64,000 nucleotides of DNA from a virus. The notes under the pieces were generated by a model, which did no database searches, was not told the DNA's origin, and saw nothing but the letters and a program-made list of their open reading frames with translations. Both the position numbers and the translations under genes were made by a program. The DNA lies in the IMG/VR virus record IMGVR_UViG_3300027896_000011, positions 1-64,000 of that record; one strand, written 5' to 3'. Below are positions 47,201-57,700 of this stretch, piece after piece; position 1 is the stretch's first letter, and each line of letters begins with the position of its first letter.

Positions 47201-50200
47201 TTCTTTTAGTCTTAATGCGGCTGAAGATTCCATCATGGGCGCTTTGGACTCTGCGCTACAAGGGATGGGGTTTGCTAGTGGGCACAGATACATACGAGAT
47301 AACTCCGCGCAGTACGATGTTGGTGATGTATTTTTGGGCAGCTTACTGCCTCAGCTGTGTGGCAAAGGTGCCCAAAATAAACGATTACCAAGGTTTATTG
47401 TTGAGGCTCCAGAAGAGATTGCGCTTCGTGCAGTAGAGGCAGTGTTTCTAGGTGATGGTTGTTCAATAAATAGTAAAACTCGTAGAGAAGGATTAAAGAC
47501 TGTCAGCCCTCAGTTAACTATAGACGTGCGTGCCATACTACTTTCTTTTGGTCTAATAGCTAATGTACAAAAGAGTATTCCTGGGGAGCACGAGATAGCT
47601 AAACTTCCGTACTACCAAGTCAATTTAAACGGATCACAGGGAGACGCCTTCGCTAACCTGTGTAGTAGCGGAACGCGTACACACAAAGGATTCAGTAGGT
47701 GTGGGTTTGTTCGTGGTGATTATGTCTATCTGCGGGTAAGTAAAAAATCAGAATCTCCAGATGTCAAAGTAGTACGTGGCTTCCAAATCAAAGGAGATAA
47801 GTCCTTCTGTATTGTTGGCGTAGCTACGCACAATACGAGCGTGAATCTTCAAGATTGGCACGATCAGATCGCAGGAGAATTACGTCGTTGGAGAAGCGAT
47901 AATTCGTATATTCCTATTCTTCCGTTACCTATTGGACAACAGACCATAGGTGGTGATGGTAGAGCTCTGCTTCTTTCACAAGAAATACGAGTATGGAGCG
48001 AACATATTATTGCGGGTATGGGTGTCCCAACGGAGCTCATTTTTGGTGGTCTCTCGTATTGTCAAGCTCCTGATACTCTCTTGTTTACGTCTCACGGTCT
48101 CGAGACATTAGAAGAGCTGACCCCAGCTGAAGAGGGGCAAGGGACATCAAATCGCAAAGTAGTAAGCCATATGGGCGTGAGAGACGTTGTTAGAACGCAT
48201 CACGTAGGTCTTAAAAAGGCAGCGTCGGCAAAAACTAGGCTTGGTCTGGAACTTACTGGAGCGTATACGCACCCCGTGTATGTACTACAGCCAGATTTAA
48301 CTATGGCATTTAAAACTATGGAGGAATTGAAGCCAGGAGATAGAGTGGCTGTAAAAGCGGGAGCTAACCTTTGGCCTAAGGACACACCTAAAATTGACTT
48401 TCATACGACAAAATCTGGAGACCGGTTTGAGGACGTTACTATCCCACAGGAGTTAACTCCAGAATTAGCCAGACTTTTGGGATATTTAATAGCAGAAGGT
48501 TCTTGTACTGAGGCGCGTAGAATTGGCTTTGGAAATTCTGATCAAGAAGTAAATACTGACTTTGCAGATTGCGTAGAGGCTGTGTTTGGATACCGTCCAA
48601 AGTTCCATCTAAATCTAAGTATGCCTGTAACCACCAAACCATTTTATCAGACTGAGATATCAAGGCAGCAGGCAACTGAGTTTCTCTACGCATTAGGTAT
48701 CGGTGGTTATGCTGCTGAAAAAACGGTACCTAGAATTATACGTCTTGCTCCTAAGCATCTTGTAGCAGAGTTTTTACGAGCTTATTTTGAAGGAGATGGC
48801 GGGTCAGAGGACGTAGAAGACAAACAAGCAGTTACCGCCTGTTCAATGTCGGGTAGACTCCTTCAAGAAATACAGCTATTGATGCTGAATATGGGTATTG
48901 TTACTTCTAGGTATTTCCCAAGAGTTAAGTCAACGTTCACACTACAAGCCAGGTCAGAGTATGTAGATATTTTTGCAAAAGAGATTGGGTTTATTTCCAG
49001 CTGTAAAAAAAGAATACTTTCACAGAGAACCCCTACTAGAGGATCTTCTTGTCTATCATCTCAAATTCCATATCTAAAAGAGAGATTAGAGGAGTTTAGA
49101 GATCGTCATTTTGAGAATAGGTCTTCGTGGAAGTTTGAATCTGTAAACGTTGAGTTGCTGCAGGAACAGTATACTGTTGATGAGATTGCAGTACTTACAA
49201 ACAGGGAACGCTCTACTATATTGCTGCACATTAATTCTGGAGCACTTACAGCGGTAAAGCAGCCATCTGTACAAGGTAGATTTGCTGCATATACTGTCAG
49301 TCGTCAAAATTTAGAATATTTTCTTAAACATCATGGTTTAGGTAGACGTAGAACAACACCAAAGAGTTTCTGGGGCATGAGCTATGAGAAGCTAGCTACT
49401 AAAGATCTTTCTTTTATTAAAGAAAAAGAGCCTGATTTTGCTCGGCGTATAGAAAATTTAGCTGAGATGCGTTTAATCTGGGATGAGGTACAGGAAGTAA
49501 ATCTTTTGGATATAGAAATTCCTATGCGTGATTTGACGGTGGATGAGGCTTCTACGTACCAAGGTAACGGTGTAATTAGCCATAATTCCGGATCAAATGT
49601 ATCTTTACGTATGCTTGAGAATATGTTCCTTGGTTATCTTTCCGATCAATTAGCTTTACTTCGTTGGATAATCGAAAAGACTGCCTCATACCTTGGTTGG
49701 GCTAAAGTAGGAGCTAGGTTCAAGCCATTTAAGATGGCAGATGATCTGCAGAGAAAGGCATATCTATTCCAGCTTAATCAAGCCGGAAAGATATCAGATG
49801 AGTCTCTTTGCTCTGATGCTGATTATGATTCATCTAAAGAAGATGCGATCATGGAGAACGAAGCTACTCGTCGCATAGGAGCGATGAAGAAGCAACGATT
49901 GCTTCAAGCAGAGATGGAAGGCGAAGCAGCTATGGTCCAGCAGAAGTGGCAGACCAAAGCACAGAATAAAGCTATGTCAGAACAAATGGCTATTCAAGGA
50001 GAAGCGGCTAAAGATCAAATGGCATTCCAATCTCAGATGCAAAATGGAATGATGCAAGATCAAATGGCTGTTCAAACAGGACAAGAAGCGCCACCTAAAA
50101 CTCCAGATATGATGCCTGCTCCTCGAGACCCATCGTTGTTATCTGTACCTAAGGGGATTACCTCTCCATTAACACTACAAAGTGTTCAACAGCATCCAGT

Positions 50201-50471
50201 TTCTGCGTCTAATGCAGATATAGCTGGTGGGCAAAATGTAGACCTGTTGTTTATGGCTAGAAAATTAGCTGATAAGTTTTCTAGACTTAACCCCGGAGAG
50301 AAACCAGTAATGTTAAGTAGGCTTAAAGAACTTAATCCTATACTGTATTCTACGGTTACAGGGCTAATGATGAGCGGAGGGAATGGACCCACCGCTGCAG
50401 CTCAAGCCTCTGCGAGGCCGTTGCCATTGCAACGAACACCCCGCAGAGGATCTGAAGCTGCTCAAATCTAG
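44289..50471 (+). CDS. Portal protein (~680 aa spliced) with three inteins
   Basis: YYFLVNPLINAVVAKMADYP, YGNALV, IYHFKRP, RGWGTPLILP, IIAGMGVPTELI. Confidence 0.75.
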   Translation: MSVGLGGADSSALRFSRTRGRTGASSDYGLQYPSPFFDIGQTYLPATIKQMFRWCRYYFLVNPLINAVVAKMADYPVTDIILDTDKPDLKEKWYHFLDSQLRYRPFQIELGLDFYAYGNALVSIFYPFIKMLRCKRCGHEKPAADATYRFQNFEFHWECSKCSHADIATVRDHYVKAPKGIRLLRWNPEDIDIRYNDITGDTEYYYTIPVQIKNDIIMGKKSTVETMPQLFIDALRLRKAVVFSRDNIYHFKRPTLAGKDRGWGTPLILPVLKDTYYLQVLRKAQECLTLSSLLERPFDLCKASEIRIGDLVKTHTGAYKRVTDIRPKLINEQNGGFTVQVATKAMKAFPTGYSDNHPLYVLRREELATGCRANKHINTKYVRRYTDEYAPKWVNAGDVKLGEYVVYPIDRLKNTSGEVLDISQYTGLPATTDWVYQQSSKETVDAYEALEQGDELPWADNAQHAAHTLHNRGKTPPRVKRYISLDEDLAYLSGWFIGDGSTGDRQISIALGLKDDYKLLAKAFKKVFGKEPKISKSKRFNGRLLVHSDVIATKFMRGWIPGDAHTKSLPKEIQQAPDQILLSFLRGYVEADGCFHNDLDRVTFTSVSPQLAYQVWKLLISLRCVARVSKRKESQSIIEDKLGRRNKAISGVSYDIVLDGSSGRRLRALLYGGEVEDAAGGHTGFFHGDYFASPICNWERLTEQHVLSFEVEDDHTFCTPGMVTHNSIALEHIVPLRVLFPQAGSASSDPYCVALDSLVETREGIFPAGEVKKGDWLKTHTGAWKPVEAAVDRKIRTGEKVYEFSIASLSAFPFKVSEEHPILAVKRPSRFRGYESLTEEPDYIEAKNIDEGDFVCYPKHRTVWDSLDLDLHEYCPERAFTAEYMYRRLDQQSADIYEYFEANGVPSFAHGERKTFLADKGWTEDYYNNAKAVFSQQEAVDRIPRYLPVTKDLAYVVGMYAAEGSQKDLGISFSLNAAEDSIMGALDSALQGMGFASGHRYIRDNSAQYDVGDVFLGSLLPQLCGKGAQNKRLPRFIVEAPEEIALRAVEAVFLGDGCSINSKTRREGLKTVSPQLTIDVRAILLSFGLIANVQKSIPGEHEIAKLPYYQVNLNGSQGDAFANLCSSGTRTHKGFSRCGFVRGDYVYLRVSKKSESPDVKVVRGFQIKGDKSFCIVGVATHNTSVNLQDWHDQIAGELRRWRSDNSYIPILPLPIGQQTIGGDGRALLLSQEIRVWSEHIIAGMGVPTELIFGGLSYCQAPDTLLFTSHGLETLEELTPAEEGQGTSNRKVVSHMGVRDVVRTHHVGLKKAASAKTRLGLELTGAYTHPVYVLQPDLTMAFKTMEELKPGDRVAVKAGANLWPKDTPKIDFHTTKSGDRFEDVTIPQELTPELARLLGYLIAEGSCTEARRIGFGNSDQEVNTDFADCVEAVFGYRPKFHLNLSMPVTTKPFYQTEISRQQATEFLYALGIGGYAAEKTVPRIIRLAPKHLVAEFLRAYFEGDGGSEDVEDKQAVTACSMSGRLLQEIQLLMLNMGIVTSRYFPRVKSTFTLQARSEYVDIFAKEIGFISSCKKRILSQRTPTRGSSCLSSQIPYLKERLEEFRDRHFENRSSWKFESVNVELLQEQYTVDEIAVLTNRERSTILLHINSGALTAVKQPSVQGRFAAYTVSRQNLEYFLKHHGLGRRRTTPKSFWGMSYEKLATKDLSFIKEKEPDFARRIENLAEMRLIWDEVQEVNLLDIEIPMRDLTVDEASTYQGNGVISHNSGSNVSLRMLENMFLGYLSDQLALLRWIIEKTASYLGWAKVGARFKPFKMADDLQRKAYLFQLNQAGKISDESLCSDADYDSSKEDAIMENEATRRIGAMKKQRLLQAEMEGEAAMVQQKWQTKAQNKAMSEQMAIQGEAAKDQMAFQSQMQNGMMQDQMAVQTGQEAPPKTPDMMPAPRDPSLLSVPKGITSPLTLQSVQQHPVSASNADIAGGQNVDLLFMARKLADKFSRLNPGEKPVMLSRLKELNPILYSTVTGLMMSGGNGPTAAAQASARPLPLQRTPRRGSEAAQI
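45147..46466 (+). mobile_element. Portal intein 1 (440 aa, LAGLIDADG)
   Basis: E|CLT...THN|S; SGWFIGDG, LRGYVEADG. Confidence 0.9.
46542..47834 (+). mobile_element. Portal intein 2 (431 aa, LAGLIDADG)
   Basis: Y|CVA...THN|T; VGMYAAEG, VEAVFLGDG. Confidence 0.9.
48060..49586 (+). mobile_element. Portal intein 3 (509 aa, LAGLIDADG plus extra HTH)
   Basis: Y|CQA...SHN|S; LGYLIAEG, LRAYFEGDG. Confidence 0.9.
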
Positions 50472-50806
50472 TGTGTACACGCACACGTACATGTTTTAGC
50501 GTGAGCACTAGCTTGATCCATCAATGATGTTGAGAAAGATTTCTCAGCATTGTAGATATTAACTACTTTCTGGACTTCTTGGTCTCCTGATAGACCAAGC
50601 TCTTTCTGACGTTTGAAGTAGTCAACTGCCCTTATTGCGTTCTCTTTAGGAAACCAATAAGTTTCTGCTCTAGTTGGCGCTATTAGCTGAATTCGATGTT
50701 CATCTTTTGCCAACCAGAGGTACGTGTTCGTTGCTCTGCTTGTCACTAGTAATGCCTCTGTTGCCATGCTACAAAATTTGCAGTTTTTGCATTTATCGTT
50801 TTTCAT
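50468..50806 (-). CDS. Hypothetical protein with terminal Cys motifs
   Basis: CKNCKFC and CTCAC; purine-rich RBS-like sequence upstream. Confidence 0.55.
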   Translation of the reverse strand: MKNDKCKNCKFCSMATEALLVTSRATNTYLWLAKDEHRIQLIAPTRAETYWFPKENAIRAVDYFKRQKELGLSGDQEVQKVVNIYNAEKSFSTSLMDQASAHAKTCTCACTH

Positions 50807-50845
50807 AATCCCCTCCCCTTATTTAGGGGGTTACATCCCATTTAG

Positions 50846-51400
50846 TTAGTTTTCAGTTGTTCTTTCATACAATATGACATCTCCTTCTGCTTCATCACCC
50901 TCTCCCAATATCTTTCTGATACAACTTGGGCAAAGGATCAGTTTTTCACAAGTAGCATCCAGAGTGTATTCTGGATTGCCGTTTTCTACTTCTGCTGCTT
51001 TCTCAGGGCACCATACGGTGACCTGGTATACTCTATGTCCCAGATCTAGACACCTACGACAAGCATCACAATGTCTAGAATCTCTATCATCTGGTGCTAC
51101 AATCTCGTCATCTAACGTTCCACAGTTACTTATGAAACAATCATAATGAGCAAAGATGGTAGTTACACACGCATCTTCTGGCAATGCATTGGTAGGCAAA
51201 TCTGCCCATGATTGGAACCGTAAGAATCGCGGGTCCTTTCTCATAGACAGCATTTGCCCACCTTCTATGACTACCATTTGATGCCCAGCAATCTGGGTAT
51301 CACACTCACAACTTAGGCAATCTGGAGCATCCGGACAGTCCGGACAATGTTCCCTTGGACAAATCGGACAATAATTAGTTATACGAACTACAGGGACCAT
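50846..51400 (-). CDS. Cys-rich (multi-CxxC) acidic protein
   Basis: CPIC, CPDC, CLSC, HYDC, CDAC, CPSC. Confidence 0.6.
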   Translation of the reverse strand: MVPVVRITNYCPICPREHCPDCPDAPDCLSCECDTQIAGHQMVVIEGGQMLSMRKDPRFLRFQSWADLPTNALPEDACVTTIFAHYDCFISNCGTLDDEIVAPDDRDSRHCDACRRCLDLGHRVYQVTVWCPEKAAEVENGNPEYTLDATCEKLILCPSCIRKILGEGDEAEGDVILYERTTEN

Positions 51401-51448
51401 GGCTTATTAATGAGGCAAATAAGGCCGATAAGAACGCAAAAATAAATA

Positions 51449-51583
51449 TCAATTTTCTTCGTTTCCTTCCTCTTTTTCTTCTTCTTCTTCTTCTTTGTTT
51501 TCGCCTCCAATTTCGTCTTCGAAACGATCTGACAGATCGCTCAAAGAATTCTCACTCTTCTCTTCTTCTTCTTCTGGTCGCAT
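51449..51583 (-). CDS. 44-aa extremely acidic protein
   Basis: MRPEEEEEKSENSLSDLSDRFEDEIGGENKEEEEEEKEEGNEEN; AAGGAGG RBS; promoter upstream. Missed by the ORF track. Confidence 0.6.
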   Translation of the reverse strand: MRPEEEEEKSENSLSDLSDRFEDEIGGENKEEEEEEKEEGNEEN

Positions 51584-51628
51584 AAGTCCTCCTTTTTGTA
51601 GAAGCGAAATACGTTCTTCTACACAATA

Positions 51629-51657
51629 CTTATACCCTTAAGCGTCGTATAATTTCA
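51629..51657 (-). promoter_or_regulatory. Phage-consensus promoter TGAAAT-N17-TATAAG
   Basis: Motif copy divergent from the RNAP gene. Confidence 0.65.
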
Positions 51658-51718
51658 TGCCCATATTCCTGTAATTCTGATACCTTAAGGACAACACACA
51701 TAAACAAGCGAGGAATTC

Positions 51719-54700
51719 TTGGCACGCATTGCACCGGAAGAGGGGTTTGAACTCCTCAAAGACCGAGTACAAAAAGCAGTCAGTGGATTCTTCCCCATAA
51801 TCGGGCGGAAGAATACGCTAGAGCTCCATGATATATCGGTTAAAGATAACCTGAATATCGATGATATTAGGTCCCAGAAACACGCTAAGTTGAGTGGTCG
51901 TTCCTGGACTGTACCAGTAGAGGCAACTATTGCCCTAAAGGACAATACTACTGGGTCGATAATCGATAAACAGAAGATGAACTTGCTTAACCTGCCTAAG
52001 GTTACAAGACGCTATGGCCATATCGTAGATGGCCAGGAGTATCAGATAGATAACCAGTGGCGCTTAAAGCCCGGTATCTATAACATGGTTAAACAAGACG
52101 GAGCTATTGAGTCTCACTTTAATGCGGCAGGAGGCTTTAAGATACATTTTGATCCAAAGTCTCGTCAATTTACATTGAACTATGGTAATTCTAATATGCC
52201 TCTTAGACCCTTCTTACACGCCATGGGGGTGTCTGAAGAGGAAGTAGAAAATCGTTGGGGTAAAGATATCGCTACGGTTAATCATGCTGATAGTTCTAAA
52301 GAACTTATTAAGTTTTATAGAGCATCCACTGGGGATAAGACCGTTAAGCCCACTATAGATGAGGCAAAGTCTCATTTGTGGGATGTAATGCAAAAGACGG
52401 TACTACGTCCGGAAGTAACTAAATTTACTCTAGGTAAAGAATATACAAACGTTACTGGGCATACGCTTTTAGATGCGTCAGATAAATTATTGAAGATATC
52501 TAGAGGCGAAGCGCAGCCAGACCCTAGAGACGCTTTGATGTTTAAAGATCTCCATTCAATTGAAGATTTTGCAGCAGAACGTCTTATTAAAGGTTCTAGA
52601 GAAATTCTTCGTAAAGTAAATAATAATATTGATCGTAAAGATAAAGTACGAGACATCATAGCTCCAGAAATATTTAATCGTCCGATCAAACAGATGTTTG
52701 GAAAGAATTCCTTAGCAATTGTTACTGATCAGACTAACCCGTTAGAGATGTTCTCCGCTAATATGAAGACCACCATTATGGGAGATGGTGGTATTAAATC
52801 AGAGCATACTGTTTCAGATGAGGCGAAACTTATAGATCCGTCTCATTTAGGATTTCTTGATCCAATACACACTCCCGAAGGATGTTACGATTCTGAGACA
52901 GAGGTCTACACAAAGACTGGCTGGAAGAAGTGGATAACCGTAACAGAGCAAGATCAATTAGCTTGTCGAGTAGACGGTAGATTAGAGTTTCACCTCCCTA
53001 CAAATCTGATCAATGCCCCATATAAGGGGAAAATGTATGGGGTAAATACCGCACGAAACAAGCAGCGTAGAAAGAGAGAAATTGATTATTTAGTAACGCC
53101 CAATCATAGAATCTACTGTCGTACTAGAGACCTCAGGGGAAAGGCCCTATTTCGTATAGAGACCGCAGACGTGGTGCACGGTAAAGCTAGAGACTTAGAA
53201 CTTGGGCATGACCCGTATCTAGGTTCCAAAGAAACGGGCGTATTTCATTTGCCTTACGTAAAGGGAAACAACTCTTCAAAGAACGTAGACGAGATCAACA
53301 TAGGTGACTGGGCTCAATTTATAGGGTGGTTCCTGTCTGAGGGGAATTGCACGTATGATGATGTAGGTTCCCACTATAGTGTCTGTATTTCACAGAGTAT
53401 AGTTACGTCTAGAACTAACTGCGAAATTATTGAGGCGCTGCTCGATAGGTTACCCTTTGCTTGGAGTTTTTCTGAAAGAGAAGATGGTAAACGCACCTAT
53501 CGGGTAAGTACAAAGCAGCTAGCGCATTATGTCTCTCAGTTTGGACTTAGTTACAATAAGTCCATACCAGAGTACTTTTTCGAATGTTCTGTGGAAACAC
53601 GAGAATATTTATTAGAAGCACTGCTGTTGGGGGATGGCAGGAAAAACTCACATAGGGCTACTGGCGCATCTTATAAACAGCTAGTATACTGCACAGTTAG
53701 TCCACAACTCGCTCTAGATGTGGAGCGCTTAGCAATAAGCTTGGGGCGTCCCGTATCTATGTGCCGGTATGCAGATGACCGAGAAGAGCGATATAGAGAC
53801 GTTTATGAGGTACGTTTACTGTGTCAAACAAAACGAGAAATTCAAGGCGCTAAAGGACACTTTTATACCTCTGAGTACGACGGCACTATTCACTGTGCAA
53901 CTGTTCCAGGAGGGCTACTGTACGTACGCAGGGGAACGGGGTTAGCACACTGGAGCGGTAATAGCGCCACAGGTATCACACTGCGTTTACCTTTAGGTGT
54001 ACATAAAATAGGGCATGATGTTGCTATTAAAATGTACAATACAAAAACTGGAAAAGTTGAAAACGTCAATCCTACTGTCGCTTATAAATCTCATATAGCT
54101 CTGCCAGATCAAATTACTTGGGAGGGCAATAAACCTAAAGCTGCTGGTAAAGTTGTAAAAATTAGTGGGCCGGGTAATGAAATATATGATGGTACGTTAA
54201 AAGATGCTGATTATGTAATGAAGAGTCCGATGCAGATGTTTTCCATCTCATCTAACATGATTCCTTTCATGCCGTCAGATCACCCTAATCGTAGTACCAT
54301 GGCCGGAAGACAGATGGAACAGGCTATCTCTCTAAAACATAGAGAAATCCCCTTAGTACAAAGCTTGGCCGGTAAAGAAAGTTTTGATCGTATACTTGGA
54401 AGCTTTGCCAGTCATAGCGCAACTGTTAGTGGTACAGTATCAAAGATAAAACCAGACGCTATAGTAATTAAGAGACCTAACGGTACTAAGGAAGAAGTGT
54501 TCATTTATGATCACTTTCCACTTAATGAAAATAAAGCGTTTATGCATGCAGAGCCTTTAGTAAAGGTCGGAGATAAAGTAACTAAAGGGCAAGTTATAGC
54601 TGATACAAATTACACTAAAGATGGCGTATTAGCTATAGGTACTAATTTACGTACAGGGTTTATGCCTTATAAAGGATATAACTTTGACGATGGTATTGTA

Positions 54701-57700
54701 GTCAGTGAGAGTGCAGCTCAAAAATTAACCAGTGAACATCTTCATAGACATTCATTAGAACGAGATGTATCTCACATTTTGGATAAGAAGAAATTTACGG
54801 CTTATATGCCTACTGTACTGAATAAAACTCAGTACGATAAATTAGATGAAGAAGGCGTAATCAAACCAGGCACTGTCGTAATGCCGGGAGATACTCTAAT
54901 AGCAGCATTACGTGCTTCAAATAATCCGGAACGTAAAGAAGATTTAGAACTTTCAAAGTTACATAAGTCTATTGTTAAACCATATAAAGACTCGAGTATT
55001 AAGTGGGAAAGCGATTACCCAGGAGTAGTTAAAGAAGTAGTTAAGATTGGTAAGAATGTTTCTGTACACGTAAAAACTGAAGAAGCCTTAGACATCGGAG
55101 ATAAGCTCTGTTACGACGAAAAGCACGAACTATTGACTACTCGTGGATGGGTTCCGGTAAAGGACGTAAAGGTATCTGATGAGGTGTGTTCACTCAACCC
55201 GGAGACTGACGCGATAGAGTACCTGTGCCCGGAGAAGACAGTCAGCTATGATTGTGTAGAGGATGATCTGTACGTCTTGGAGACTACACAAGTGTCTATG
55301 GCTGTCACCATGGAGCACAAAACATATGCAAAGCCTAGGGGAGCGGATAGGCACAGCCTAATTCCAGTCTCTCAGTTAGTAGGTAAGCGTTATCATTTAA
55401 AGCAGCACGGTAAATGGGTGGGGGAAGACAGAGAGACATTTGAGTTCCCCTCTATGGTAGTCAAGGCTGGGCAGAGTGGTAATGGTACCAGAGTGCTGCC
55501 ATCAATACAGATGCCGATGGACACATTCTTAATGCTTCTAGGAATGTACTTGTCGGAGGGCAACAATTATGGTGGTAACGGCGACTACTACATAGAAATC
55601 ACTCAAATAAAGCAACCAGGAAGAGCTCAGACAGAGGAGGCTCTGGCATTAGCAGGAATACGTTTTACGCGTACTCCTGAAAAGATACGCATACACGGTA
55701 AGCAGCTGTATGAGTATTTCGTGCAGTTTGGGCATGCGGTAAATAAATTTATTCCTGATTGGATTTTTCAGCTTCCGAAAAAACGGTTACAGGTTCTGTA
55801 TAAATGGTTAATGTGGGGGGATGGCTGTGAAAAAGGAACCACACACGTATACACCACTATATCCCCTCAGCTAGCCGATGATGTACAGCGTTTAGTTTTC
55901 CATCTTGGTAAGGCAGGCAGAGTGGTGTGGGAGCCTGGTTATCGTGGCCAGATAGAGGGCAGGTATTACGATTTTAAGCCTAGATATAGAGTTAGGGTAA
56001 TACGCACTAAATTAGAGCCCACAATAAATCACGGGCACTCTAATTCACAAGGCGGACAAAAAGAAACTATAGAGAAGTACACCGGTAAGGTGTACTGCGT
56101 GGCTCTTCCACGTAATCACGTACTCTACACACGTCGAAATGGTAAATGCCACTGGTCTGGTAATACGGCGCGCCACGGCAATAAAGGCATAGTGACACGG
56201 ATCATACCTGATCATGACATGCCCCATACTAAAGATGGTAAGCATTTAGAGGTGTTGTTAAACCCGTTAAGTGTTATGGGTAGAACTAACTTAGGTCAAG
56301 TATTAGAGGTTGCTGCAGCCAAAGTGGCGGAGAAGACTGGTAAACCTTATATGGTTAAGAACTTTTCTCCGAATACAGATTTACATGCCCAAGTCACTGC
56401 TGACTTAGCCAAGCACGGTTTGACGGATAAAGAAGAAGTTATAGACCCCGTTACAAATAGAGTAATGGGTAATGTGCTTGTAGGACCTATGCACATTTTT
56501 AAGCTCCACCATCAGGTGGAAAAGAAGCTTAGTGCTCGAGCAGGTGGTTATGGGTATGACTACGATAAAGATATGATTCCTAAAGGTGGTGGCCCACGAG
56601 GAGCCAAGTCTCTCGGAACACTAGGCCTTTATTCTATGCTGGCGCATGGAGCGACATCTAATCTGCGGGAAATGCAGACTTATAAAAGCGATGCGTCACA
56701 AGGTGATCAATTCTGGTCTGCTCTCCAAGCTGGAGAGATGCTTCCTACTCCTAAGCCGACCTTTGCTTACAATAAATTTCTTGGGTACATCAGAGGACTT
56801 GGTGTAAATGTTCAGAAAACAGGTAATAACCTTACGCTTATGCCTATGACTGACAAGCAGATCATAGAACAAAGCAATGGTGAGATTACCGACCCCGCTA
56901 AGTCAGTCACAGCTAAAAATATGAAGCCTGAAATAGGGGGATTATTTGATCCTAAAGTTACAGGTGGTATTGATGGTACAAAATGGGGCTTTTACACACT
57001 CCCAGAATCTATGCCTAACCCCGTATTCGAAAGTGCTATTACTCGTTTGTTGGGAATGAAGCAAAAAGAGTTTGCAGGCTTAATTGGTGGTACGTTAGCA
57101 GTAGACCCAAAAACCGGAAAGATAGGAGATTCTCAAAAAATTGAGGGAGGGCTGGTTGGTGGTAAAGCCTTTGCTCATATGCTTAGTAAAATAGATGTGA
57201 AAAAGGATTTAGCTGCTGCCAAAGTAGCGCTAGATAAACCGACATTAAGAGGGACGTATCTTGATCATGCTAATAGTAAAGTAAAACTACTAGAGGCTTT
57301 AAACAAGGTTGGTATGACGCCAGTAGAAGCGTACATGTCTAAAGTCATTCCTATATTACCGCCATCTATGCGACCTGTTCCAGTGTTGCCTAATGGTACT
57401 ATTAGTGAAGAAGATTTGAACGGTCTTTATAAGAATCTTCATTTGTCTGCGTCTAGATACGCGAAGATGTCTCCATTGATTCCAGAAGATGATCAATCTA
57501 AAGTAGAGATTCGACAAGAAGTCTATGATGGTTTACGAGCAATAGCTGGACTTGGTGGTTACCCACATCAAATTCGTAGAGGAATCTTAGACTACATACA
57601 TGGTAAGAAGATGGACACTCGTACGGATGCTAAGATAGGTTCTCCTAAAGAAGGATTCTTTCAAGATAAATTGGTTGAACGTAAGCAAGATATGTCTATG

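Noticed and set aside
51374-51480. Alternative-frame basic-plus-hydrophobic peptide overlapping the acidic micro-ORF
   Set aside because: No convincing start codon or canonical slippery site links it to the upstream frame.
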